A DNA stretch of 64,000 nt. It comes from Eledone cirrhosa (taxonomy: Eukaryota). Each line of letters starts with the position of its first letter. The first letter of the stretch is position 1. Made by a program: the position numbers and the translations under genes. The notes under the pieces are model-generated. The model was not told the origin of the DNA, ran no database searches, and saw only the letters and a program-made list of their open reading frames with translations. The stretch spans positions 4,588,001 through 4,652,000 of the forward strand of contig OZ024761.1 in assembly GCA_964016885.1 (NCBI GenBank), read 5' to 3'. Of the stretch, positions 1 through 13,680 are shown piece after piece.

Positions 1-1620
1 GCCGGTCCATCGGGAATAGTTGCTGAGATGCTGAAGGCATCAGGGGACGTAGGCACTAAACTGGTTGCACGCATCATCAATCAGGCTATATTTGGTGGTG
101 TCATACCCAAAGACTGGTGCAGCAGTATTCTCATAAATTGCTACAAAGGTAAAGGGGATGCTCTGGAGAGGAGCAATTATAGGGGTATAAAACTGATGGA
201 TCAGGTTATGAAAGTTGCAGAAAGGATATTAGCACAACTAATTAGAGAAAGGGTCAAACTAGATGAGATGCAGTTTAGTTTTGTGCCTGGCAGGAGTACA
301 ACAGATGCCCTCTTCTTGGTGAGACAATTGCAACAGAGGTTCTTAGAGAAGAATAAGCCACTATACTTAGCCTTTGTTGACCTAGAGAAGGCCTTTGATA
401 GGGTACCCCGATCTGTCATTTGGTGGTCCCTAAGGAAGCTAGGTGTTGAGGAATGGCTTGTGAGGACAGTGAAAACTTTGTACAGAGGTACTCTCAGTAA
501 AGTCAGGGTAGGAACGGAGTTTAGTGAGGAATTCCAGATAAGTAGGAGTACATCAGGGTTCGGTCCTCAGCCCGCTCTTGTTCATTATAGTCCTCCAAGC
601 CATAACAGAGGAGTTTAAAACTGGCTGTCCATGGGAACTTCTCTATGCTGACGATCTGGTTCTTATAGCAGAATCAGTAGAGGAGCTGGAGAATAAATTC
701 TGGCTATGGAAACAGCAGTTGGAAGCAAGGGGACTGAGAGTGAATCTAGCTAAGACAAAAGTGTTGATGAGTAGAAAAGAGGACAAAACCCTGATTCCAT
801 CAGGGAAATGGCCATGTTCGATATGCAGAAAAGGAACTGGCATAAATTCTATAAAATGCACACAATGCAGATCCTGGGTACACAAGAGATGTAGCGGGAT
901 AGCAGGCAAACTAACAGGTAGGGAGAAATATGTATGCAGTAGATGTACAGGGAAATTAGACAGTAGAAGTCGCATTGATAGACACATTTTTCAAATGCAG
1001 GAGGGCGCTATAGAAGTGGTGGATAGCTTCCGGTACCTAGGAGATCAGATTAGCATGGGAGGAGGGTGTTCCGAGGCCATAGTATCTAGAATAAGGACGG
1101 GTTGCAAGAAGTTTAGGGAGCTGCTTCCTCTGTTGACGAAGAAGGGTTTCTCCCTTCGTACGAAAGGCCGGTTGTATGATGCCTGTGTGAGGAGAGCGAT
1201 GCTGCATGGTAGTGAGACATGGGCAGCAACTGCAGAGGATATGAGACGGCTGGAGAGAAATGAGGCAAGCATGCTCCGTTGGATGTGCAGTGTCAATGTG
1301 CGTGAACAGCCGAGCATGGAACTGTTGGGAGAGAAACTGTGTCTGAGAGGGAAGAGGAGACTGAGGTGGTATGGACATGTGATGCGCATGGAGGATGACC
1401 GATGGGTGAAGAAGTGCCAGGAAATGCCAGTTGATGTAAGACGTGGTAGAGGTAGACCACGAAAAACATGGGTGGAGGTGGTGAGAGCAGACCTCAGATC
1501 GCTGAAGCTCACGGTGGAGATGACGAAGGACCGTGACAAGTGGAGAGATGCTGTGCTGAATAAGATCCGTCCCACCCTTGCAAGCAGGGAAAAGCAGACG
1601 TAAAATGATGATGATGATGT
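1..1620 (+). mobile_element. RTE-clade LINE, 3' part of ORF2 (RT plus PHD-like insert), frameshifted near 540, with (ATG)n tail
   Basis: NYRGIKL, FVDLEKAFDRV and LLYADDLVL RT motifs; [12 protein letters not shown] and [14 protein letters not shown]-terminus; tail taaaatgatgatgatg. Confidence 0.93.
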
Positions 1621-1661
1621 ATGTGTATGTATGTATGTATGTATGTATGTATGTATGTATG

Positions 1662-1735
<74 letters not shown>

Positions 1736-1863
1736 TATATGAATATATGTGTGTATGTATGTATGTGTATGTATATATATATGTATATGTGTGTGTATGT
1801 ATATGTATATGTATGTGTATGTATATATATATATGTATTTGTGTGTGTGGGGGTATGCGTATG

Positions 1864-1925
<62 letters not shown>

Positions 1926-2014
1926 TGTATGTCTATATATATGTATATATGTGTGTGTATGTGTGTACGAGTTCATAGTGGTTTTCCACGTCTTTGGAAA
2001 TTGTGTTTTGTTAG

Positions 2015-2483
2015 GTACCTGGTGGAACTTTACACAGAAATAGCGACCATAGATCAGGAAGTAAACTCTTTGTTTCCCATCATTAACAAAAAGGAAAAAC
2101 AATTCCTCTGCGAACATGCCCTCTTATGGAGAACACTGCACCAAACACAGAAACAGGAGAAGATTGAGTCGCAGGGATACGAAAAAGCGGCACGGGAGAT
2201 AAATGGAGCGTTGAAATCCCTGAAACTTTACAACAACGAACTAATACTTCTAATGAAAAGTATCGGCTGTAATGTGCGTGCGTTGAGCGGAGTTAAAAAT
2301 CTAGTCACCGACACTGAATTGTTCCAGAAGTGTGCTTACGAAATTATTATTAAGTCGAGTCAACTGGTTCGGTTGAAGAAATACTGTGATAGATATTATC
2401 TGGCTCGGAAACACTCCAACCCTCACGACTACAGCACGCACCATCTCGCAGTTGTACCTCAAGCCTTACTCTCCTTAGATTGA
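2015..2483 (+). CDS. Candidate terminal coding exon (or retrocopy) of an unidentified gene
   Basis: Non-repetitive 155-codon open frame after a T-rich acceptor (ttgtgttttgttag at 2001-2014); AATAAA at 2820-2825 and a 21-A run at 2841-2861; protein not recognised. Confidence 0.45.
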
Positions 2484-2661
2484 TCACAGAGCAACAGAAG
2501 AAGAAGCTGCAAGTTAAAGTCTTCAACGACGGAGTAAAAAAAAGATTGAAAGGAAACTCTTTGCTTTCAGATTGATGCCACGAATGCGCAACGTTTATAC
2601 ATTACTGACTGTGTGTATGTCTTATTATGTGTCTGTATATGTATATGTCTGTATGTAGTGT

Positions 2662-2715
<54 letters not shown>

Positions 2716-2879
2716 GGGAGTGTGTGTGTTCTTTTGTTCATAATCTATTCTGCAATGAAACGATACGATTCTTGAGTTTTTATTTCGCAATGTTTTTCAA
2801 TGTCAATTTATACAATTGTAATAAATAACACCTTTCAGAGAAAAAAAAAAAAAAAAAAAAATTATTGCAAATCTTAACT

Positions 2880-3900
2880 GTTTTACGAGAATTTATTTAT
2901 TTATTCATTTATGTACTAGGAGAATGGGATTGATGAGTTAATATCTGTGTACAACAACTACAACGGTACGCCATGGGGCCCACCCACAGCCCCGGCGGAC
3001 AGAATGGAGAAGGCGTTTCCCCGGAGGACGGCAAGGGAGACACGCTGGAAAAGCCACTCCAACTCGCGGGGCTCACACCTGCAGCTGGCCAGCTCAGCGC
3101 CTATGGTGGTGAGTAAGGAGGTAGCCCTGGGGCCGAGGACACCAGAAGTCTCCACTGCCAGGGGTACGACCGCAAACCTGTCGGAGGGCGACCGGTATTT
3201 GAGCAGTTTGGCCCCCTCAGCCCGACATGCAGGAGAACCAGGGTCAGTCGCAGACTGCACCAGGTTGCGGCTGCAGAAAGTGTCGGTGCAAGTGGCATCC
3301 CAGACGAGGGGTTTGCCACCGCGGAACGGGAAGATGGTCATCCCATCTGGCCTTTTGCCGTCCCCTCTGTCCAGCCCCACTGGCTCGAGCTGGGAAGGGA
3401 AGCCTGCAGCGTCCAAGCCATGCTTAATGACCTCGTTGAGGGCAGCATGGCGTGGAATGCGGCCGGCACTGTGGCGACAAGAAAGCGGGTGGATGCCGAA
3501 AGAGTCCACGGTGGAACCGCAGCGACACTGGCGTGGCTGGCAGATCCGGAGGCCGAGCCTCAGGGAAACGCCGATACGCAGGCTATGGTTGTCTAGCTGC
3601 GTGCCAGTGGAGAAGGAGGGCAGGGCATGGAGCCAGGCACCACTGTGGGGTTTGGAGGCCGCACGAAAACAAGCAAGGCGGTGCTGGTCGAGCTGGCGTG
3701 TGAGCCTGTCTGAGGCCAGGCTGCACTGGATGGCATCCCAAGTGCGTTGGGGGGACTTGACGTCAACAGGTGGAGAAGGAGGAGGGACGTCTACTGGGCT
3801 GAGTCCCAGCCGGTCCCACGTCTCACAGGCGGCCTCACGTTCTCTGAACACAGAGGGTTCTCTTGTGTTTTGAAGAACCCTGCTGACGAGGACTCGGCAT
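2880..3900 (-). mobile_element. CRE-like non-LTR retrotransposon 3' end with restriction-like endonuclease
   Basis: ORF 2958-3851: HSGAWL..LP, CCHC knuckle CRCG...HPLSC, RH..LNE, and RPDG...VWDAT RLE motif; GC-rich island in AT-rich DNA. Confidence 0.85.
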
Positions 3901-3991
3901 GAGGTTACCGCTCGATACTTAGGGTAGTAGAGTGGGTAATAGAAAAAGAGTCAGGAATCCAACGGCTGAGCTCCGGGGTCCTGACTCTTTT

Positions 3992-4048
<57 letters not shown>

Positions 4049-4904
4049 GTATATATAAAAACAAATAGTAGAAAGAAAAAAGATTTTTTTTCTGTAGAAA
4101 ATGTTGAAGAGATATTTTTAGTGAAATTTCAAAGCATTAATTTATTTACAATACCGGTTTCAGCATTAAATGCATTGTCAATTGCGGATATGCAGAATAT
4201 TGTTAAGTTGCATATTTGTACAAGTAGTGAAAATAATGCTAATAACAAAAAAAAAAAGAAAAATGTAAAGAGGGGAAGAAAAGTTAATTTTCACATACGT
4301 TGTCTTTCAGAGAAGAAAGTCAATTTGTCTGTCCATCCTTCTCTGTTAATGGCTTTGTTGTGACTGGAGAGGGTAGAAGCAGGAGGCGAGAGGAGAAGAT
4401 GAAGGGGGAGGAGGTAGCGGAAGGTTGTTGTGGCTGCAGGCAGCTATGTGGGACCCTTTGAATAGTGGATACAAAGTTTGGCTGGGATTGGTTAGAAAGG
4501 CTGGGTGACCTTAGAGTTGACCTGGGGGAGGGGGGGGGCGTGCTTCCTAAATATCTATCTTGGTATTTTTTCTTACAAGAAATAATCAACATTGACCTTG
4601 TTTTTTTGGCCACAAAGAAGATTTAGAGTTATTGAGATATGCTCAGAGAGTGGGATTGGTCGAGTGCAAGGTCTTTCCCTACTTAAAAAAAACTTTAAAG
4701 CTCAGACATTGCTTGTTCAGGATCTGTTTCAGGTTCGTGTGGCTGGCCGTAGCCTGAAAGTGCACCAAACTCTATAATCTGACAAGCGATTGCAATGTTC
4801 TTAGCAGAGTTTGCAGCCATCATGTATGTATGTATATGTATGTATATGTATGTATATGTATGTATGTATATGTATGTATGTATATGTATGTATATGTATG
4901 TATA

Positions 4905-5450
4905 TGGGAAAGCGTAGCTGCTGATCGTAATAAATGGAGGAAAGTTGCTTTAGAAGCATCTTGAATCGCATACAAGAAAGTAAAAAGGGATGTGAGGAAA
5001 GGCATTGCTGGTGCATTTACAGACAGCGAAGGTCCTCCTATGGCGCTGACATGCAGCGTATGTGCGAGACTCTGCCTCAGCAAAGCTGGACTCGAAAGTC
5101 ATCTTTGCAGTCATAAAGTGGGACCAGTGGTTGACTACCAGGCTGCTGTCGGAGATGCTACTCATCATGCTTGCCAAACATGTGGTAGAGAATGTAAATC
5201 AGCAGGAGGCTCAAACGACATGCAAAAGTACATGAAGACCAACCACAGCCGGCTATTGCCAGTAATGGTTTGGTTGCCAACTCTATGCAAGACATTTTAG
5301 ATCATTGGCTGGGCTAAAAAAGCCACACTCGATCGCAGCACCATTTATTATTAATATATATGTTTTTTCTATTCACATATATGTTTTTTTTAAATTTTAT
5401 TTTCGTGCAATGGCCACACTCGATAACGAGAGGGCAGCCATCATGTATAT
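4905..5450 (+). mobile_element. Degenerate RTE-type LINE 3' end carrying tandem C2H2 zinc fingers
   Basis: AADRNKWR, then CSVC...H..H, CQTCGRECKS and a third broken finger across frameshifts; 3' end ggcagccatcatgtat. Confidence 0.65.
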
Positions 5451-5723
5451 ATATGTAGGTATTCAATGTATATATATATATGTATTTATGTATGTATATA
5501 TATTCTTCTGGTGTTATAATTTTATAAATTTTTACCAATAGAGAATTGTTATTTCCTAACTAGTCATGTTCATTCGGTTTTTTTGAAGCCCAGCTTCACA
5601 AGATTTGTACTGAGGCAGTTACATATGTGGCAACATGAAAGGACCTGTTATTTTTCCTCTAAAAACATTTTTTTTCCACTTCCACCCCACCCGTCCCTTC
5701 AATCTATCTTATTTCTCATTGTT

Positions 5724-5759
5724 TCTTCTGATGAAGGACTAGCGTCCGAAACGTTAAGA
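5724..5759 (+). ncRNA. Minimal type I hammerhead ribozyme motif (Penelope-type)
   Basis: TCTT-CTGATGA-A-GGAC(TAGC)GTCC-GAAA-CGTT-AAGA: 4-bp stem I, 4-bp stem II, palindromic AACGTT stem III. Confidence 0.8.
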
Positions 5760-5842
5760 CCCTCTTCCTGCTATTTCAAGCGTTAACCTAATATATCCCT
5801 TCCATATACTGTACTGATTGTGTTGCTATTTCTGTTTACCTT

Positions 5843-5873
<31 letters not shown>

Positions 5874-6125
5874 AGTTAAACTGAAATAAAAACACGTTCC
5901 GAGTTCAAATCCCGCCGAAGGTAGCTATGCCTTTCATCATTACGGGATCGATAAAATAAAGTACCAGTAATGCACTGGTGTCGATTTAATCGACTTTTCC
6001 TCCCCCAAATTGTTGGCCTTGTGCTTAAATCAGAACATATATTAATATTCTATATATATATATAATATATATATATATACATATATATATTATATAATTA
6101 CACACACATATATATATATATATAT

Positions 6126-9100
6126 AAAGACCACAAAGGAAATTTCGAAGAGGAGGACTTGCCGGTTAGACTTTTAGCACCTTCTAAGTCAGACATTGGA
6201 ATAATTAGTGAAAATATTATAGATAGAATTTTGCCAACATTAAAATTGAAGTCAAAGCTTAGCTTCAAAGCTTAGCTTATGGAAGGACACTAGTGAAGTA
6301 ATAGATTGGTTTAGGAACATTGAAAATAAGAAAAATCATAAATTTATTCAAATGGACATAGCGAGTTACTACTCATCTATAACACCTAATCTTCTGAATA
6401 AGGCTTTATCTTACGCATATAAACATACTGATCTATCTAGTGAGGAGATTCATATCATATTAACGGCTAGACGAACCTTGATTAATTTTAATAATGATTT
6501 TTGGACTCGTTCTGATAGGCAAAACAATTTCGACATTACCATGGGATCGTCTGACTCTGCGCAGGTTACCGATCTTCTGGGAATTTTTATCCTTAATATG
6601 ATAAATAGAAAACTGCCCGAGATTACCGGTGGTTTATATAGAGATGATATATTGTTTACTGTAGTTAAACATACCAATAGTGAACTAAATAGGGCTAAGA
6701 AAACAATTATAGAATTCTTTAAAAATTACGACCTGAAATTAGAAGTAGAAAGTAACAGTAAAGTAGTTAACTTCCTAGATGTCACCCTTAATTTAAATTC
6801 AGGACTATATTACCCCTTCCATAAGCCCAATGAAAACCTAAATTATGTTAGCTTTCATTCCAATCATCCTAAATGTGTTAAAAATGCAATAGTCAATAGT
6901 GTTCAACAACGTCTAACTGGATTATCTGCTAACAAATCCATTTTTAATAGCAAAGCTGGATATTGTAATGAAGCGTTGCATAAGGCAGGATATAAAAATA
7001 ATATTGAATATGTAGATAATAGTAATTGTAATTATACACTAAATAATAATAGGAATAATATAAATAAAGCAGACTGTAAAAATAAAAATAAAAATAAAAA
7101 TAATATAAATATAAATAAAAATACTAATTTCGTGAATAAATCGGGAAAAAAGAATTAGAACTAGATCTGTTATTTGGTATGCACCACCAGGATCTTTAGC
7201 TATTAAAACACCCTTAGCACAATTATTTTTTAAAGCAATAGATAAATGTTTCCCCAGAACACATAAATACTAATCTATCTTCAATAGACACACAGTTAAG
7301 CTATCTTACTCTACAACTATGAATATGGCTCATAATATTGCAAAAATAAATAGCAGAATTCTTAGTTATAACCAACAGATAATTAGTGAGAATGACAATA
7401 TTAATAATAATAATACTATATTTACGGAGAATAACAATAACATTAATTTAAGCACTTAGAATAGAACACCTATAAATATTAACAATGATAATGCGAACAG
7501 TTTAGAATATAGAAATAACAGAAAATCGAACTGTAACTGTAGAAAAAGATCTGAATGCCCTTTGCAAAATAACTGCCTTGATAAGAACTTAGTATATAAA
7601 TGTACCGTTAAAGCAAATAATAATATTACCTATAACTACATAGGTACAACTTCATCGAGCTTTAAACTGAGATTTTCCAATCATAAACATTTTTTTTCTA
7701 ATCCGAATAAGAAATTTTCTACTTCTTTATCACAATTAATATGGTCTTTAAAAGAGAAAAATATAAAATACTCAATATTTTGGTCTAAACTTAGGAACTG
7801 TGAAGTTTACCAGAATAACTCTATCTCACCAAACTGCAATCTTTGCAATACTGAGACTCTATTAATAATTGCTAATTATGGTAATTTAATTAACAAGAAA
7901 AGTGAGTTATTCTCAAATTGTCTGCATAAATCTGCATCTACATTTCAAGCATCATATAAAATTAGGAAAAAACATTGACTGAGTGAGAAAAAATATTGAC
8001 TCTTATTAATAATTCTTGTAATGCTTTTGTGGATTGGCAGTATCGGTAGAGGGTCGGCCACCATGCTTTGCAGCAAAGAGTTACGGCCCTTTATGGTCTG
8101 AGTTCAAATCCCGCCGAGGTTAACTTTGCCTTTCATCCTTACAGGGTCGATAAAATAAAGTACCAGTAATACACTGGAATAATTGCTCGCCTTGTGCCAA
8201 AAGTAGAAACAATTTTTAATATTGTGTATAATATTTATACCTAACCGTAGGAAATGTACACCTGCTCTTTTAAAGAGTATGATAATCTCTTGATTATTTA
8301 AATACCCTTAGTTTTAATTTAGAATTTTTTAAATCCTATATTTTATATATCTGTAATATCTTCAGACTCTTAAAACGTTTAATTAATTTAAATGTTTGAA
8401 TACGTCGTACGAAAATATTGTTTACATTTATCGTATATAAGTTTCGTTTTGTCTAAATTGATTAATAATCTGCACTTAACTTGATTTATAGTATTGAATA
8501 CAGTAAAATTTAGTTAAATCAAAATAATAATACTCTCAAGTGTAATTATAACTAATAATTCATCTTATATATAATTGACAAATATCGATTTAAATTATAT
8601 AGTTTATATAAAAGAACTATACAAAAGCTAATATCTAAATAAGTTAGGTTTAATATCATATTTACTACATTTATAAGCACCATTGTTAGTTAATAATATT
8701 TTTAATTTTAATTTTTCTAACTAAATTATTGATTATATTTATTAATTTAAATATACTCCTGCTTACCCCTGAAATTATGTTATATTATCTTTTTAACTTT
8801 ATATTGTTTTAATTTTGACATAATATAATAGTATAATTTCTTTCAAATATTATAGACTAAAAATTTCACGGTATTTAATTGATCGTTTCTACCTAACTTA
8901 ATATTTGAATAAAAAAACGGTCACCTATCATGGCCCTTTATTGTTTTCTTTATAACATACATATCTCTCTTTCTTTGTTTTTAGTATCATCTTTCTATCT
9001 TTTTCTTTCTCTACTCTATTTAGCTCTCTCTCTCATTTGCTTCTTCTCTAATATGGATGTTTACATATTTAATTATTTAAATGTTTAACAATTATGTACT

Positions 9101-9480
9101 TATGTTTATATATTTTATTTGTCTTTATATATACTTATTGTATTATTTTCTACACGTTCTCCTACGTACCCTCTCTATTATATGTAGTTTGTCATGTTAC
9201 TGCTTATGGTATATAAATATTGAGTTTTGTCATAACTAATCACTGCCAAGACTGGAATTGAACCATCAGCACAGTTGAGGTATGTCAGACAACAATTTAT
9301 TTTATCTGATGAGGATGTACTGAGGAAACAGCTCAGTACCTCTGAAATATATATAAAATATATTTGATCACATGAATGTCTATATTTATTAATATTTTGA
9401 AGTAATATTAATAACTCCAGAAAATTTCTTTGTTGAGTGCTTCTAATCTATTGTAAAACTTTATTCATTGATTAATCAAT
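6126..9480 (+). mobile_element. Penelope-like element (Naiad-type RT plus C-terminal GIY-YIG endonuclease), disrupted, with long AT-rich 3' region and hammerhead-like core at 9306-9347
   Basis: KDHK.NF, MDIASYYSSI, GLYRDD and FLDVTL RT motifs; CNC...CP...C linker; VY...YIG...FKLRF.NH...CNLC..E endonuclease; 13-bp duplication caaagcttagctt causes a frameshift. Confidence 0.9.
8029..8212 (+). mobile_element. tRNA-derived SINE family A; further copies near 5898-6035(+), 13695-14030(-, two), 26700-26884(-), 28998-29178(-), 40436-40548(-), 41340-41820(-, several), 53610-53786(-), 55817-55928(+), 55930-56109(-)
   Basis: A-box TGGCAGTATCGG, B-box GAGTTCAAATCC, conserved core ctttgcctttcatccttac.gggtcgataaaataaagtaccagt in more than 10 copies. 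Confidence 0.88.
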
Positions 9481-9504
9481 GAACCTTGTTAAACTTTTGA
9501 TCAT

Positions 9505-9620
9505 TATATATATATATGTATATATATATATATACATATATATTATATAAATACATATATATATATATACATATATATTATATAAATACATATATATATA
9601 TATACATATATATTATATAA

Positions 9621-9660
<40 letters not shown>

Positions 9661-9731
9661 AATACATATATATATATATACATATATATTATATAAATAC
9701 ATATATATATATATACATATATATTATATAA

Positions 9732-9764
<33 letters not shown>

Positions 9765-9766
9765 AA

Positions 9767-9799
<33 letters not shown>

Positions 9800-9925
9800 A
9801 AATACATATATATATATATATATTATATAAATACATATATATATATATATATTATATAAATACACATATATATATATACATATATATTATATAAATACAT
9901 ATATATATATATATATATAATATAT

Positions 9926-9956
<31 letters not shown>

Positions 9957-9975
9957 TACATATATACATATATAT

Positions 9976-10037
<62 letters not shown>

Positions 10038-10106
10038 TATATACATATATATTATATAAATACATATATATATATATATATACATATATACATATATATT
10101 ATATAA

Positions 10107-10145
<39 letters not shown>

Positions 10146-10163
10146 TACATATATATTATATAA

Positions 10164-10200
<37 letters not shown>

Positions 10201-10219
10201 TACATATATATTATATAAA

Positions 10220-10280
<61 letters not shown>

Positions 10281-10451
10281 CATATATATTATATAAATAC
10301 ATATATATATATATACATATATACATATATATTATATAAATATATACATATATATATACATATATACATATATATTATATAAATATATACATATATATAT
10401 ACATATATACATATATATTATATAAATATATACATATACATATATATATAA

Positions 10452-10501
<50 letters not shown>

Positions 10502-10847
10502 AATACATATATATAGTGAAGGCGTGTGGCTGAGTGGTTAGAGAATTGGATTCGCAGTCTTGAGGTTGTAAGTTCGATTCCTCGACCAGGCGATGCGTTA
10601 TGTCCTTGAGCAAGACACTTTATTTCACGTTGCTCCTTCTACCTGGAGTTGCGACCGATAGATAGTATTAGCAACTGGAAAGACCGACGGAAACATTGTT
10701 TCCTCGGTCCGATTTTACGAAAGTCGATCGACAAGCAAAAATATATATATATTACATATATACATATATACATTATATAAATATATATATTACATAAATA
10801 TATATATATATTACATAAATATATATATATATATATATATATATTAC

Positions 10848-10885
<38 letters not shown>

Positions 10886-11133
10886 CATAAATATATATAT
10901 ATATATATATTACATAAATATATATATATATATTACATAAATATATATATATATATTACATAAATATATATATATATTACATAAATATATATATATATAT
11001 ATTTCATAAATACATATATATAACATATATATATATTACATAAATACATATATATAACATATATACATATACATATATTATATATACATACACACACATA
11101 TTATATATACATACACACACATATATATGCATG

Positions 11134-11160
<27 letters not shown>
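9505..11160. repeat. Compound (TA)n/TACA/TTATATAAA microsatellite block interrupted by a SINE head
   Basis: Direct reading of the sequence. Confidence 0.95.
10520..10636 (+). mobile_element. tRNA-derived SINE family B, head only
   Basis: gtggctgagtggttag...gttcgattcc...gtccttgagcaagacactttatttcacgttgctcc matches copies at 48669 and 63992. Confidence 0.8.
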
Positions 11161-11164
<4 letters not shown>

Positions 11165-11206
11165 CAGGTCACCAGTTGGTGCTACTGGTAACATGCATCC
11201 CAGTAC

Positions 11207-11752
11207 AACCTGTCTCGTGGTCGGGTCGTTGGCGACTAAACTGGCAACCCCACCAAGGTTTCTTGGTGAGGAGGGTGACTTTGGACATCCTGCAGGACTA
11301 AAAACCTGTCAAAGGGCAAAGGAGCTCTTAACAGTCAATGGTCATCCTAAATCACCGGGAGAGATGACCCCTTAACCTTTGTCAAGGCAGAATTCTTCTG
11401 ATATAACACCTGCAACCCTGATGGTATCCAATAATGTTGACTTGTTCTTCTTTTTGGTAAATATCATCTTGGTTAAGAGAGTGGGACTGGCTTTGTGCAG
11501 TGCCTTTGCTCACTATAAAAGCTTCACGGCACAGCCATTGCTTTATATCTGGAGATCTCTCTGCACTTGTCGTCACATGGTACCATGGGCCCAGCACTAT
11601 GTGTCAATAATTGTCACAAGTGTAGTGTTTGTACGAGAGTTTTCAAGTCGCTGGCTGGACTAAAAAGTCACACTCGTTCAGCGCATCGGTAGGAGTTCTC
11701 CTACATGGATATAAAGTAGTGGCCGTACTCGAAAATGAGTTGGCAGCCACCA
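11207..11752 (+). mobile_element. About 545-bp non-coding dispersed element, probable non-autonomous RTE derivative; copies at 24938-25503(-) and 31264-31583(+, 5'-truncated)
   Basis: Three highly similar copies, each ending in ggca.ccac followed by a TA/TGTA microsatellite. Confidence 0.8.
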
Positions 11753-11847
11753 TATATATATATATATCCCCACTCTCCTGAGCGTGAATTTAATAAACAT
11801 TTATTGTACTGCCTCTCTGTTCTGTCCCTGTTCATGTTCAATTTTAC

Positions 11848-11904
<57 letters not shown>

Positions 11905-12024
11905 GCAGCAAGTTCAAATGTCTCCGATAAAGGGAGTTGGGAGGAGAAAATTCGACTCCAGTATTGAACTGGTTATCGATCTGTTTATCGATCTGAAGAG
12001 GATGAAAAGTAATGTTAACCTCGG

Positions 12025-12172
12025 AGAGAGAGAGAGAGACAGAGAGAGAGAGGAGAGAGAGGGGGAGTGAGAGAGGGGGAGTGAGAGTGTGAGAGAGTAG
12101 TGAGAGAGAGTGTGTGTGAGAGAGAGAAAAGAGAGAGTGAGAGTGTGTGAGAGAGTAGTGTGTGTGTGGGAG

Positions 12173-12235
<63 letters not shown>

Positions 12236-12260
12236 TGCGTGTGAGTGAGAGAGAGAAAGA
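12025..12260. repeat. (GA)n-rich microsatellite
   Basis: Direct reading of the sequence. Confidence 0.95.
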
Positions 12261-12489
12261 ACAGAGAAATGCAGCGATATGTTACATATCATTTCCTGTT
12301 CTGTTCGTTTGTCATCTTAAATGTATGATATTGTGAATGTTCATGATTGAGAGTATCAAGGGAGATAAGTCTGAAATACAAAAGAAAGGAAGGGAGATAA
12401 CTTGTTAGAATCTTATAACTTGTATATCCACAGAAAGACTGGAGAAACGTAGTAAAATAGCTTTTAATTTTGATCAGCAATTCGGGGAA

Positions 12490-12862
12490 TAGGGAACCGG
12501 TACACCACAACAGACACCACATCTTAAAAGGCCCCACTCGGCCACGGATGACTATGGGGTTTACACCTAGAAAGTTTCCCTCCGAGGCACAAGCCTGGGT
12601 AAGGTTTGTTTTGTCGAAGACCAGCAGTCACCCATGTATACCAGTCTCCCCTCTCCACGCCACTGATGTTGTCCAAGGGAGAGGCACTGACTGATACAGC
12701 TTGGCACCAGTGACGTCACAACACATTTCTACAGCCGAGTAAACTGGAGCAACGTGAAATAAAGTGTCTTGCTCAAGGACTCAATGCATCACCCAGTCCG
12801 AGAATTGAACTCACAACTTCTCAATTGCAAGCACAATGCTCTAACCACTAAGCTATGCACCT
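12490..12862 (-). mobile_element. SINE family B variant
   Basis: Reverse complement of the tagtggttagag...gagttcaattc...gtccttgagcaagacacttt head, with a different 3' body. Confidence 0.7.
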
Positions 12863-12924
12863 TCACATACACGAACAACATCCCAAACAAAACGAAATCT
12901 ACACCTAACAACAACATAAAATAT

Positions 12925-13680
12925 AACTGGTAGCAGAACGGGAACATTCCTAGTTCTGTGAGACCAAGAATAATGGTATTGCTGAGAATGGACTCCAATA
13001 AAGTGGATTATATTGACCATGACTCTACTAAAAGCAGAGTTCAAAATGTTCATGAAGGTGTTAGCGACAACATTGGCGCTTGTCGAGGGTAGTCTGGTAG
13101 GGGAGGTGCAGACATGTGCCATTCCCATCCATGACACCCTCAGTTTTATGTGATACATAAGAGAGGGTGGTTAAGGACGAGTGGGGAACTAATCAACTTA
13201 GATCAATCAAAAGCATTCGATAGGGTCGACCATCAGTACCTGGCGGCGGTCCTCAAAGCAGCCGGTTTTGGGCTTGATTTCCGAGAGTGGATTGCTACTA
13301 TGCACAGTGACATCTGCTCTGTGGTTAGAGTGAACGGTCACATCTCGGAACCGTTCAACATCATGCGCTTGGTCCGCCAAGGTCGACTCCACTACTGCAC
13401 AAATTATAGACGTTGAGGGGCATTCCGAACTAGGACATGGGAGATCTGTGTCAGCTTATGCCGACCAGGTCACCAGTGTCGAGCACCAAACACATTGAAG
13501 TGATCGGCACTGCTCTGGGGGAATATGAAGCACTGAAAGGAGCGAAAATTAACCAGGAAAGTCGGTGGGTCTGTAACTCCTGGAGGGGCAGGTCCATGCC
13601 GTCAAACAGCGCCGCAGGATGCTGGACAGATGGTCGGCTAAGTTGCTCGGAGTCTTGTTCGGTTCGGACATTCAGATGAA
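12925..13680 (+). mobile_element. Tx1/L1-clade LINE RT fragment, degenerate
   Basis: LINLDQSKAFDRVDHQYL...GFG..F..WI...VRVNG..SEPF...VRQG; downstream AYAD-like remnant; many frameshifts. Confidence 0.85.

Noticed and set aside
2947-3873. 308-aa plus-strand ORF
   Set aside because: Antisense shadow of the GC-rich CRE-like ORF on the minus strand, which carries the recognisable motifs.
8029-8115. tRNA genes at SINE heads (also 10520 and 48669)
   Set aside because: A and B boxes are present, but I see no complete cloverleaf, and each continues into a repeated SINE body.
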